This document shows positions 22,782 to 32,000 of a DNA stretch of 32,000 nt, piece by piece. Position numbers and translations under genes: made by a program. The stretch's first letter is position 1, and each line of letters opens with the position of its first letter. Location: the NCBI RefSeq assembly GCF_000027325.1, contig NC_000908.2, positions 540,001-572,000 on the forward strand, read 5' to 3'. Origin of the DNA: Mycoplasmoides genitalium G37. GTDB taxonomy: Bacteria > Bacillota_I > Bacilli_A > Mycoplasmatales > Mycoplasmoidaceae. The notes under the pieces are model-generated. The model had not been told where the DNA came from and did not search any database. It worked only from the letters and a program-made list of their open reading frames with translations.

Positions 22782-23309
22782 TTAGGGATTGTCTGGTTCA
22801 AACACACCAACATAAGGTAGGTTACGATAAAAACCATCATAGTCAAGACCAAAGCCAACCAAAAAATTATCTTTTACTTTAAAACAAGAAAAATCAATAT
22901 TAATATCAAAGGCTTTGGGTTTAATCTTTTCAATTAAGCTAATTAAAGTTATTGATTTAGCATGCCTTGTTTTTAGAAGATCAATAACTAATTTAATAGA
23001 TCTACCACTATCAACAATATCTTCTATTAAAAGGATGTCTTTATCTTTAGGGTCATGGGACATATCAAGCACAATCTTAGGTGGTTGTTTTTGTACATGT
23101 GAACCATGATAAGAAGCAACTGCCATAAAATCTAGTTGGAGGTCAAAACTAAATTTACTTATCACTTTGCCAAGGAAAGGGATGCAACCTTTTAGAATGC
23201 CAAGAACAATTACCTTTTTATTATTAAATTTAGCATTGCACCAATTAACTGCTTTTTGACAGCCTTCTTCTATCTGTTGTTCATTAATAACAATAGATTT
23301 AATACCCAT
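22782..23309 (-). CDS. hpt: Hypoxanthine-guanine phosphoribosyltransferase
   Basis: VLGILKGCIPFLGKVI, ILLIEDIVDSGRSIKLVIDLL (PRPP-binding motif), KDNFLVGFGLDYDGFYRNLPYVGVF. Confidence 0.97.
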   Translation of the reverse strand: MGIKSIVINEQQIEEGCQKAVNWCNAKFNNKKVIVLGILKGCIPFLGKVISKFSFDLQLDFMAVASYHGSHVQKQPPKIVLDMSHDPKDKDILLIEDIVDSGRSIKLVIDLLKTRHAKSITLISLIEKIKPKAFDINIDFSCFKVKDNFLVGFGLDYDGFYRNLPYVGVFEPDNP

Positions 23310-23310
23310 C

Positions 23311-23820
23311 TTATTTAGTTTTTTGACGTTCTACTAAAACAACAGCTAAGCAATTAATTTCATTACTGTCTAAAGGTTTTCTAACTTTGAGATTAATTGT
23401 TAATTCTGAAATTCTTAAAGCACTACAAATAAAAGCAAAGATAGCGTGTTTATAATCATCAACCTTTTGCTCTTGAGGAATCTCTAAGGAGATATCAATA
23501 TTATTGATAATTCAGTTTTTTCTGATGAAATTGTAAGTTCTTGCTAAGACTCTTGGTGCTTCTTTTTTTGCAGTACCTTTAAATTGGACTGTTGATTTTC
23601 CTTTATTGAAAACAATATGACCATCACCTAATGCAGTTGCACCAAATAAAGCATCAGCAACTGCTAATTGGATAACATCACTAACTTCATCACTGTTTTC
23701 AAGATCATAAATATATTTAGAATTCTCAAAATCAACACCGCCTAACCAAAATTTATTTTTACTTTCTTTCCTTAATTTTATGTGGTATTTTTTGCTTCCT
23801 AGGCCAACTCTTAACTGCAT
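23311..23820 (-). CDS. IspF-fold-like protein, metal ligands not conserved (169 aa)
   Basis: Frame through TGA Trp to TAA 23311-23313. WLGGVDFE...NSDEVSDVIQLAVADALFGATALGDGHIVF...VLARTYNFIRKNWIINNIDISLEIPQ...LTINLKVRKPLDSNEINCLAVVLVERQ tracks the IspF pattern LGGV..[25 protein letters not shown]..F...N.D.TI..Q.P...INIK.TT...EGIAA.AV.L. Confidence 0.7.
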
Positions 23821-23992
23821 TGTTACAAATAATTATAATATCGCTCATCTTTAAATAACAGTGTTGTTTTGTAATCCAAAAAAAGTAAATTCAGGCAACA
23901 GTTTTTTGACTTCAAATATCCTTATTTAGACAAAGCAAAATTTATTAAAGTGAACCAAAATAAAATTGAAGTATATCTCTAGATAAATAAAT

Positions 23993-24931
23993 ATGAAAGG
24001 ACCTAAAATTGCAATAGTAGGATCAGGTGCTGTTGGTACTAGTTTTCTATATGCTGCAATGACTCGTGCACTTGGTAGTGAATACATGATTATAGATATC
24101 AATGAAAAAGCTAAAGTTGGTAATGTATTTGATCTTCAAGATGCTTCCTCATCATGCCCAAATTTTGGCAAAGTAGTTGCTGGAGAATACAGTCAATTAA
24201 AAGATTATGATTTTATTTTCATTAGTGCAGGAAGACCTCAAAAACAAGGTGGGGAAACTAGGTTGCAGCTACTTGAAGGCAATGTAGAAATTATGAAAAG
24301 CATTGCCAAAGAAATCAAAAAATCTGGTTTTAATGGAGTTACATTAATCGCTTCAAACCCAGTTGATATCATGTCATATACATATCTTAAAGTTACTGGA
24401 TTTGAACCTAATAAAGTAATTGGCTCTGGTACTTTACTTGATAGTGCAAGATTAAGATATGCAATTGCAACTAAGTACCAAATGAGTTCAAAGGATGTAC
24501 AAGCATATGTTATTGGTGAACATGGTGATAGTTCAGTAAGTATTATTTCATCAGCTAAAATTGCAGGACTATCACTAAAACATTTTTCTAAAGCTAGTGA
24601 TATTGAAAAAGAATTTGGTGAAATTGACCAATTTATCAGACGCAGAGCTTATGAAATTATTGAACGCAAAGGTGCTACTTTCTATGGAATTGGTGAAGCT
24701 AGTGCTGATGTAGCTGAACAAATTTTGAAAGATACTAAAGAAGTTAGAGTAGTGGCTCCTTTACTTACTGGTCAGTATGGAGCGAAGGATATGATGTTTG
24801 GAACTCCTTGTGTACTTTCAAGAAAAGGTATTGAAAAGATCTTGGAAATAGAACTTTCAAATACTGAAAAAGTTGCGCTTGAAAATTCAATTAAAGTTTT
24901 GAAAGACAACATTAAACTAGCAAAGCTTTAG
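23993..24931 (+). CDS. ldh: L-lactate dehydrogenase
   Basis: KIAIVGSGAVGTSFLYAAM, DLQDASS, AGRPQKQGGETRLQLL, GSGTLLDSARLRY, VIGEHGDSSV. Confidence 0.97.
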   Translation: MKGPKIAIVGSGAVGTSFLYAAMTRALGSEYMIIDINEKAKVGNVFDLQDASSSCPNFGKVVAGEYSQLKDYDFIFISAGRPQKQGGETRLQLLEGNVEIMKSIAKEIKKSGFNGVTLIASNPVDIMSYTYLKVTGFEPNKVIGSGTLLDSARLRYAIATKYQMSSKDVQAYVIGEHGDSSVSIISSAKIAGLSLKHFSKASDIEKEFGEIDQFIRRRAYEIIERKGATFYGIGEASADVAEQILKDTKEVRVVAPLLTGQYGAKDMMFGTPCVLSRKGIEKILEIELSNTEKVALENSIKVLKDNIKLAKL

Positions 24932-26205
24932 TTTTGATAGAAAACATTAGCTCATCTATAAAAAGAGTTTTCAAAAAATAACTCGTTACTTCTCTTAACA
25001 AGCATACTAATTTCACTGAGATTTTTAATCTTGTTTTGAGAAGTTTTTATTTTTAATTCATTTTTGTGCTTATTTCATCCTTCATAAAAACCCTTAAATT
25101 GGTTATTGAATTTAGTAATGAAATAACTAGGAGTTTGATATTCTTTTACTTTTAATTCAAAATCAAGATCACGTTTTTCACAACTTTCATAAAACTTTAC
25201 TTGAAATTTCAGAGTGTTAAGATAACTATCTAGTAAGGTTTTTAATATTGCATCTTTAGTTGTTTCAAATGTATTAACTAAAAATGAGTGAAAAACATAA
25301 TCATCTAACTTCACAAAACAAGTTAATAAACTTTTTTTAAACAACTGGTTTTTTAAAAGCGGTTTAATTACACTTTCAACATTCTTAAAGTTATGAAAAT
25401 TAAAGTTGTCTTCTTCAATTAAAGCTTTAATCCGTTGAAAAACAAATCATAAGTTAAGTTCTGTAGCAATACTTCTACCATCACTGTAGATTGATTGATA
25501 CATGTGGTGTCTTGTTATCAAGAAGTTTTCAATGAAAGGCAAGCATTTTTCTTGAAAAACAATTTCATAAGTGCCCTGATTATCTACACATTCCATTCCA
25601 TTGATAATTGATTGATAATCAACTAATGAGTGACTGGTACCTGTAAAATAAGCATCACGTAATAAATAATCCATTCTGTCTGTGTCAAGATCTGAAGAGA
25701 TTAGCTGTCTCATCCACCAGTTAATAGGTTGAATATTTTGATTTTCATCAATTAAAGCGCCAATCAGATTTGGATCTATCTTATTAGCTTTTAAGATAGA
25801 GACAATAGGTTCACTATTAACTAACATTGAAGTAACCTTTTCATGAATAAAAAGTTGTTTTTTAAAATCAGGATTTTTAGCAAAATAGATTTCAAAAGCA
25901 TGAGAATGAGGTCCATGACCAAGATCATGCAACAAACCAGCTACTAAAACAGTTTGTTTTTTAATTTGATCAATATTTAAAAATGCAGAACTATTTAAGA
26001 TCCTTCTTATCAGTTCATAAACTCCTAAAGAATGGGCGTACCTAGTGTGAACTCCACTAGGATAAAAATGGAAGTTAATTCCTAATTGTTTGATGTTTCT
26101 TAACCTTTGAAAAGCTTTTGTATTGACCAATTCATACATCCACTTTGTGTTTTCATCAAAAATAATTTCTCCTAAAATAGGATCTTTAAAAAAGGTTTGT
26201 TGCAT
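24928..26205 (-). CDS. HD-domain phosphohydrolase, dNTPase-like (425 aa)
   Basis: RYAHSLGVYELIRRIL, VAGLLHDLGHGPHSHAFE, SDLDTDRMDYLLRDAYFTG; fragments 25075-25344 and 25447-26205 in one frame, real TAA at 24928-24930. Confidence 0.88.
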
Positions 26206-27640
26206 TAATAAATTGCTTAATTAAGTTTATTGCACTTTCTTTATCAAAAATTTCAATAATATGTGCTAAATCAGGTCCATGCTCCTTATTTGTAAAAATT
26301 AACCTTATTGGCATAAAAAGTTGTTTACCTTTTAAGTTAAACACTGCTCCTACTTTGTTAATAGTTGTTTTAATTTGCTCAGCTTTTCATTCTTCCAACC
26401 CTTGTAAAGATTTGGCAAGCTGTTCTAAAAAAAGTTTGATGTTTTTAAACAAAATATGACTTTTCTTAGCTAAGTTTTCAACACCTATTTTAGTGGCAAA
26501 AGATTCTCTTATCAATTCGTTTATTTGAACACCATGGGTTATTTGATTTTTAAAAAGTAAACTTATTTCCCTGTTTTTATCTTTTAAATAATCAACCTTA
26601 ACATCCAAGTAATTATCAATGAAATTGAAATAAGCATTATCAGTTAATTGTTTAATGTAATTAGCATTGATTCATTGCAGCTTTTTAATATCAAAAAAAG
26701 CAGGAGCACTAACAACTCTACTTAAACTAAAGTTTTCAATTAACTGTTTCAAATTAAAAAACTCCTGGTTGTACTGTGGATGTCAACCTAAGAGTGCTAA
26801 GAAATTTAATAATGCTTCAGGTAGATAGCCTTGTTGTTTAAACTGCTCAATAAACTGAGTAGTTTTCTCATCACGTTTAGAAAGTTTTTTGCCACTTTCA
26901 TCAACAATAACTGAAAGATGACCAAAGCGGGGAATTCTTTTAAAACCTAATGCTTGATATATAGCAAGTTGGTATGCAGTGTTAGAGATGTGCTCAGCTC
27001 CCCTTAAAACATCAGTAATTTCCATATCATAATCATCAATAACAACTGCAAAGTTATAAGTAGCAACACCATTAGCTTTAAGAATAACTATATCTGTTAA
27101 CGCACTGCCGGGAATAGTAATTTGTCCCCTAACCAGATCATTTCAACTATATTCAGCTTCATTGTTTATTTTTAAGCGGATAGTAAAAGGATCATTTTTT
27201 TCTAAGTGATTAGTAATTTTCTTGGAATGTAAATTACGACAATGACCTAAGTATTTAGGGGTTTTGTGGTTATTAATGGCTTGTTTTCTATCTGACTCTA
27301 ATTTTTCTTTGCTACAGAAGCAACGATATGCCAGATTTTTTTCAATTAAATCAAATGCTAGTTTTTTATAAACTGCTAGTTTTTGTGATTGCAGATATGG
27401 ACCATAATTGCCAGGGTTATAAACCGATTCATCTGCAATGACTCCAAGCCAACGCAAGTTATCAAATTGTGAATTAATTCCTTCTTTTATGTTTCTTTCA
27501 GTATCAGTATCTTCTATCCTGATAATAAACTCACCATTAAAGTGCTTGGCTAGTAAAAAGTTAAAGATTGCTGTTCTTGTACCACCAACATGCAGATATC
27601 CTGTTGGGGATGGTGCATAACGTGTTCTAATTTTTTCCAT
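26186..27640 (-). CDS. gltX: Glutamyl-tRNA synthetase (484 aa)
   Basis: [27 protein letters not shown] (HIGH), [21 protein letters not shown] (KMSKS); three track fragments in one frame. Confidence 0.96.
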
Positions 27641-28406
27641 TACAAATGTTTTGGTAAAGATTAAAGAGTTGACAAGGACTCAACTCTTGCGCTCTAATGC
27701 TAGTCTTTAAATTTTGCTTTTGAATAATGTTAAGTAAATAATCAACTGCAAAAAAATGCTTTAAGTTATTAATTAACATCTTCCTTCTTTGATTGAAACA
27801 TTGCTTTAAAAACAGACCAAACTTAAAGTCATAACTAACCGATTTATTTTTTTCTAATAATATTAAGGTTGAATCCACCTTAGGTTTAGGTTTAAAAGCA
27901 TGCCTATCAATTTTAAAAACTGTTGTAATAGTCAAATAGTATTGACAAAAAGCACCAAAGGCACTATAATCACTAGAATTAACCTTTGCCAGAAGCCGAT
28001 TAGCAAACTCTTTTTGTGTCATTAAAACAAAGCTTCGAAGCTTTGATTCTAAAAACTTATTGATTATTGGAGATGTAATGCTATATGGGATATTACCACA
28101 CAATAATGGACTTAAATTTTCAAAAAAACTATTAAAGTCCTTTTTGAGAATATCGCCTTTAACTAGTTGGTCTTCAGTTAATATCTTTTCAACTAGAAGA
28201 TATTCAATTAAGCGTTTATCAATTTCTATCCCCTTGTAAGGTATTTTGAGTTTTAACAAATAATTTGTTAACGCTCCTTTACCAACACCTATTTCAACAA
28301 TTGCTTGTGGATTTAAATTTTTAACAAAAGCAAAAATTCTTTTAATGACGCTTAAATTAACCGTAAAATTTTGACCTAATTTACGTGAAGGAAAAAAACT
28401 ATTCAC
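27627..28406 (-). CDS. ksgA: 16S rRNA dimethyladenosine transferase
   Basis: [42 protein letters not shown]; GTG start. Confidence 0.96.
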   Translation of the reverse strand: MNSFFPSRKLGQNFTVNLSVIKRIFAFVKNLNPQAIVEIGVGKGALTNYLLKLKIPYKGIEIDKRLIEYLLVEKILTEDQLVKGDILKKDFNSFFENLSPLLCGNIPYSITSPIINKFLESKLRSFVLMTQKEFANRLLAKVNSSDYSAFGAFCQYYLTITTVFKIDRHAFKPKPKVDSTLILLEKNKSVSYDFKFGLFLKQCFNQRRKMLINNLKHFFAVDYLLNIIQKQNLKTSIRAQELSPCQLFNLYQNICNGKN

Positions 28407-29556
28407 GCTCTAAAATCAAATCTAATTTGGAATAATTTTGCTTTCTTTTTTCCCTTCTTTTGACAATGAAAACATGGGTTAAATAAGATTGTAATAAAGT
28501 AAACAAAGCATTTAAAAACCAATAAACACCAACTCCAGCAGCACTAAATGCAGTAATAGCAGCAAACACAAAGTAAAAAATTAATTGCATCTTTTTAGTT
28601 TTGTTGAGTTGTTCAATACTTTTTTGAGAATGGGCTTTCGCATTCTCATTACGCTTACTTGCCCACACTTGAGGAAGTTTTTGAGAGAGAAATTGGACTG
28701 GTAAAACAATCACTAAAAAGATGATGAAAGGTCAACCAGTTGTAGTGAAATTAGAGAAAATTTCTGTTAAAGGTACTTTTGAAAGATCCCAAAAGTTAAA
28801 TAAGATGATTGCTTTAATTGGTCTTAAAGTAGTAACAATCCTATAAATAATTAAAAAGATAGGTAAAGTTACAAAAACTTGAACAAAAGCAGCAGATGAT
28901 TTAATGTTGTGTTTTTTATAAAGTGACATTATCTCTAACTGTCTGTTTCTTTTACTTTGTAAATCTATTGCCCCTTTATATTTAGCGTTAATTTCTGCTA
29001 ATTTACCTTGCACTTCATTCATCTTTTCAAGTGCTAAAGTAGAGTTTAAGGTAATCACAATAGTTATCAAGCGAACTAATAGTAAAAGTACTATTAATGA
29101 AAGAATCATGTTAAACCCAAGTTCCACCCCGCTACCTAGTGGAACTCTGGTTGCATACATAATTGGTAAAACTATTTGCGCTGCAGGCCAGACAAATCAT
29201 CCATAAAAAGGGCCATATGCTAAGGTGTAATCACTAAAGGTGAAATAAGGGCCAAAGTTATTTGAAATCAAATCATACCTATAATCACCAGTAGTACCAA
29301 ATTTATAACCTATCTCAAGTCCTGAACCTAAGACTTGATTAGTACCTGTTCAGGGTTGTGCTAAGGTTTGAGTACAGCCCCAAAGCCCAACAATAGTTAA
29401 AAAAATAAAGATAAAAACCTTAATAACCTTTATGAAAATAGCTGAAAACTTTTTGAAGTTTTTTCAGTTGTTTTTTTCATTAACAACTGCTGCTGATCAA
29501 AAAGGATTAAAGGTGGTTTTTATCTCTTTATTTGTTTGCGCTAGTTTGATAGGCAT
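28399..29556 (-). CDS. yidC: Membrane protein insertase YidC/Oxa1 (385 aa)
   Basis: NEVQGKLAEINAKYKG, VQVFVTLPIFLIIYRIV, GVGVYWFLNALFTLLQSYL; N-terminus found upstream of the track start by reading TGA as Trp ([25 protein letters not shown]). Confidence 0.95.
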
Positions 29557-29914
29557 CTACTTCTTTTATCCGCTTTAATAGTTGCAAAAAAAGTTTTTGT
29601 TTTTCTTTAAATGTTAATTCAATAAAGCCTTTGTTGACAATAACTAAAATATCTCAAGGTTCTAAATTATTACTAATTTGTTGAAAGATACTACGGATCT
29701 GACGCTTAATTAGGTTACGTTGTACTGCTAGCTTATATTTAGTTTTTGCAATTGATATTGCAACCCTTCAAGTAGAATGATTATTCTTAATAAAATAAGC
29801 GTTAATAAAGGTACCAAAGAACCTGGTTTTACTTTGAAGAATGGTTGTAAAAACCTTGCGTTCTCTTAAGCTGTGACTCTTTTTAACGCTCACTGGAAAC
29901 CGTGAGTTGAGCAC
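29528..29914 (-). CDS. rnpA: Ribonuclease P protein component (128 aa)
   Basis: M(GTG)[43 protein letters not shown]...[23 protein letters not shown]; lies between rpmH and yidC. Confidence 0.93.
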
Positions 29915-30029
29915 GATTTTTAAAACGTCTTTGCCTTAAAACTTTACGTCCTTGTGCAGTTGCCATCCTAGCCATAAAACCATGGGTTTTAGCACGCTTT
30001 AATTTGCTTGGTTGGTATGTTCGTTTCAT
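29883..30029 (-). CDS. rpmH: 50S ribosomal protein L34
   Basis: [48 protein letters not shown], 48 aa; below the track length cut-off. Confidence 0.97.
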   Translation of the reverse strand: MKRTYQPSKLKRAKTHGFMARMATAQGRKVLRQRRFKNRAQLTVSSER

Positions 30030-30054
30030 GAAACAATTAATCAGGTGATTATAA

Positions 30055-30990
30055 CTAAACTAAGGGTCTGACTAATTGGTTAGATACTATTTTACCATCT
30101 GAAATTTTAATGATTCTATTAGCTATCCTTGTTAGGCTTACATCATGGGTAACCATTAGGATGGTTTGCTTATATGTTTTGTTAATTGTTTGTAATAAAT
30201 TAATGATATTTTCCGCAGAATTACTATCAAGTGCACCAGTAGGTTCATCACAAAGTAATAGTTTAGGTTCTTTAATAATAGCACGGGCGATGGCCACTCT
30301 TTGTTTTTGCCCACCTGACATCTCATAAGGAAATTTATACAAGATTTCTTTAATATCTAATTTTTCAGCCAACTCTTCTATATCAAGTCGTCTTTGATAT
30401 TTGGGAATTAAGTTTTGTGAAATGGCAATATTATCATAAGCACTTAACAATTCAATCAGATTATAACGCTGATAGACATAACCAAGGTTATTCTTTCGAT
30501 AAGTTAAAAGTTGTTCACTAGTACATTTTTCTAATGGACAGTTTGCTACGATACAACTCCCTAACGAGATAGAATCATAACCACCTATCAGGTTTAAAAG
30601 GGTTGTTTTACCTGATCCTGAAGAACCTAAAATGATTACTATTTCACCATAAGCTATCTGTAAAGAAACATCTGAAAGGATAGAAATCTCTTGCTTTGAA
30701 TCATCATTATGAACATTTTTTCACATCTTATTGATGGTAATAACAATTCCCTTAGCTTGTTGAGCAAAAGGAGGGATATATAAGGTATTGGCTTTTTGCT
30801 TTTTATTAGCTTTCTTTTTGAGCTTTAGCTCAGCTTTTTTAATGTTATTTAAAACTTTTTTATTCTTCTTAGGAGGTTTAGATTTACTCTTTTTGAAATA
30901 ATCATCGAAATTGGCACTAAAAGAAGGACTTTTAACGTTATCTAAGATATCAATACATTCATTTCAAACAGTTTTATTGCCTTTTTTCAT
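30055..30990 (-). CDS. ABC transporter ATP-binding protein, LolD/MacB-like, with Lys-rich N-terminal extension (311 aa)
   Basis: Walker [17 protein letters not shown], signature [15 protein letters not shown], Walker [15 protein letters not shown]-loop THD; N-terminus recovered through TGA Trp. Confidence 0.93.
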
Positions 30991-30993
30991 TAA

Positions 30994-32000
30994 CTAAAAC
31001 CCTTCCTTCAGTTCAGCTGAGCGTAACTTAATTCAAAAGTAAGAACCAATTACAAAGATAGTAACACCAAATAATACTATCCCTACCATGTATGGCAAGA
31101 ACTCAAATACATTAGTTAAAAAGACTTGTGCAACATTGAAAACAACCGCTTGGATACCAATTAAAACACCAGCTAAAACTCCAATAGAAATTAGTAATGC
31201 TAAAACAAATGCAGGGATAAAGAAGGTAAGTAAACTAATTAAATTTTGTACATCTCTATAGCCAATAGCCTTAAGTGAAATAAAGATTCTTTTCATCTCT
31301 TCTAACATTGAGATACCAAGTACAACACAAGTAATGAAAATGAAAGGAATAATAGTTCCTAAAAGAAACGCATCTACTTGATTCACAGTGTTAAACAAAA
31401 CTTCAGCATTATTTCTAATGATCTGAGCACTAGTTCCAGCTGCATCAATATTGAGTACAGGAGCAATAATGTTATTACCAAAAATACTACTTGCATTTTG
31501 GGAAAGTAAATTAACACTATTTCATTCTGTTTTGTATTTATTAACTAGTTCTTTACGAAGCGATTCATAATTCATTGAAGTAGTATTAATAATCTGTTTT
31601 TCTTGTGCTAACTTATTAATAATTTCAGGATCAGTAGGTAGTATGGATGTAATAACTTTATCAAGTTTATTCCTTACTAAATTTTGGAAATTATTACCAA
31701 AGTCAGTGAAATTACCCCAAACACCAATTATCGAGTTTAATACTAATGCCTTATTTAATAAAGAAGGTTTTAATTCTTTGGAAAATACACCATTAAAAGG
31801 AACATAACCGTTTGGTTTTACATAATCAATTTCATATTCATCACTACTTTGAGATTGGCCATTTGTCTTTTTAATAACATCTCTAATAATACCTCTGCCC
31901 TGATTACCACTTAGTTTTAATAAGTTATTAGCAATGTGTTGGTTAATATAAAGTTCTTGTCCAAAAGCATCAGTAGAAACACCAACAACTTTAAATGCTA
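30994..32000 (-). CDS. Large ABC transporter permease, FtsX-like C-terminal domain (5' end beyond window)
   Basis: Frame runs from 32000 down to TAG 30994-30996; LLGTIIPFIFITCVVLGISMLEEMKRIFISLKAIGYRDVQNLISLLTFFIPAFVLALLISIGVLAGVLIG resembles FtsX/MacB permease C-terminus; adjacent to the ATPase gene. Confidence 0.85.

Noticed and set aside
22915-23109. Plus-strand ORF of 64 aa antisense to hpt
   Set aside because: Lies fully inside a well-supported gene on the other strand with no recognisable motifs. Same reasoning for 5822-6049, 7316-7537, 9206-9409, 12885-13271, 14902-15102, 19404-19589, 21910-22200, 27438-27620 and 30110-30328.
1-32000. Search by eye for CRISPR arrays, tRNA/rRNA genes, insertion sequences, prophage genes or defence cassettes
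   Set aside because: No regularly spaced repeats, transposase or integrase-like ORFs, or tRNA-like conserved arms were noticed; apart from the orphan S subunit there is nothing defence-like. A covariance-model scan (Infernal/tRNAscan-SE) would be needed to exclude small RNAs.

Overview
The window is a gene-dense, AT-rich mollicute chromosome segment in which TGA must be read as Trp (genetic code 4). From gene order and protein sequences I recognise it as the Mycoplasma genitalium region tsf ... MG_468; this is recall, not a database hit. The supplied ORF track breaks genes at TGA, so I rejoined fragments by frame and located the true TAA/TAG stops. Content in order: tsf (3' end), pyrH, frr, cdsA, an orphan type I specificity protein, a tandem lipoprotein pair, a small membrane protein, rbgA, a YitT-like protein, rplS, trmD, rpsP, a MATE-like membrane protein, msrB, a YtpR-like tRNA-binding-domain protein, degV family, tuf, a membrane protein, galU, an OsmC/Ohr protein, tyrS, hypotheticals, ftsH, a 52-aa small membrane ORF, hpt, an IspF-like protein, ldh, an HD hydrolase, gltX, ksgA, yidC, rnpA, rpmH, and an ABC ATPase with its FtsX-type permease (partial). 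I found no CRISPR array, transposon, phage, rRNA or tRNA gene. Nothing looks like a new multi-gene system. The best leads are: an apparently catalytically dead IspF homologue; two genes whose 5' frames are broken exactly at homopolymer tracts (lipoprotein at 6193-6200, YtpR-like at 13344-13350); two compact ORFs missing or truncated in the track (52 aa and 193 aa); decayed-looking coding remnants in the two longest gaps; and extensive same-strand and convergent gene overlaps.
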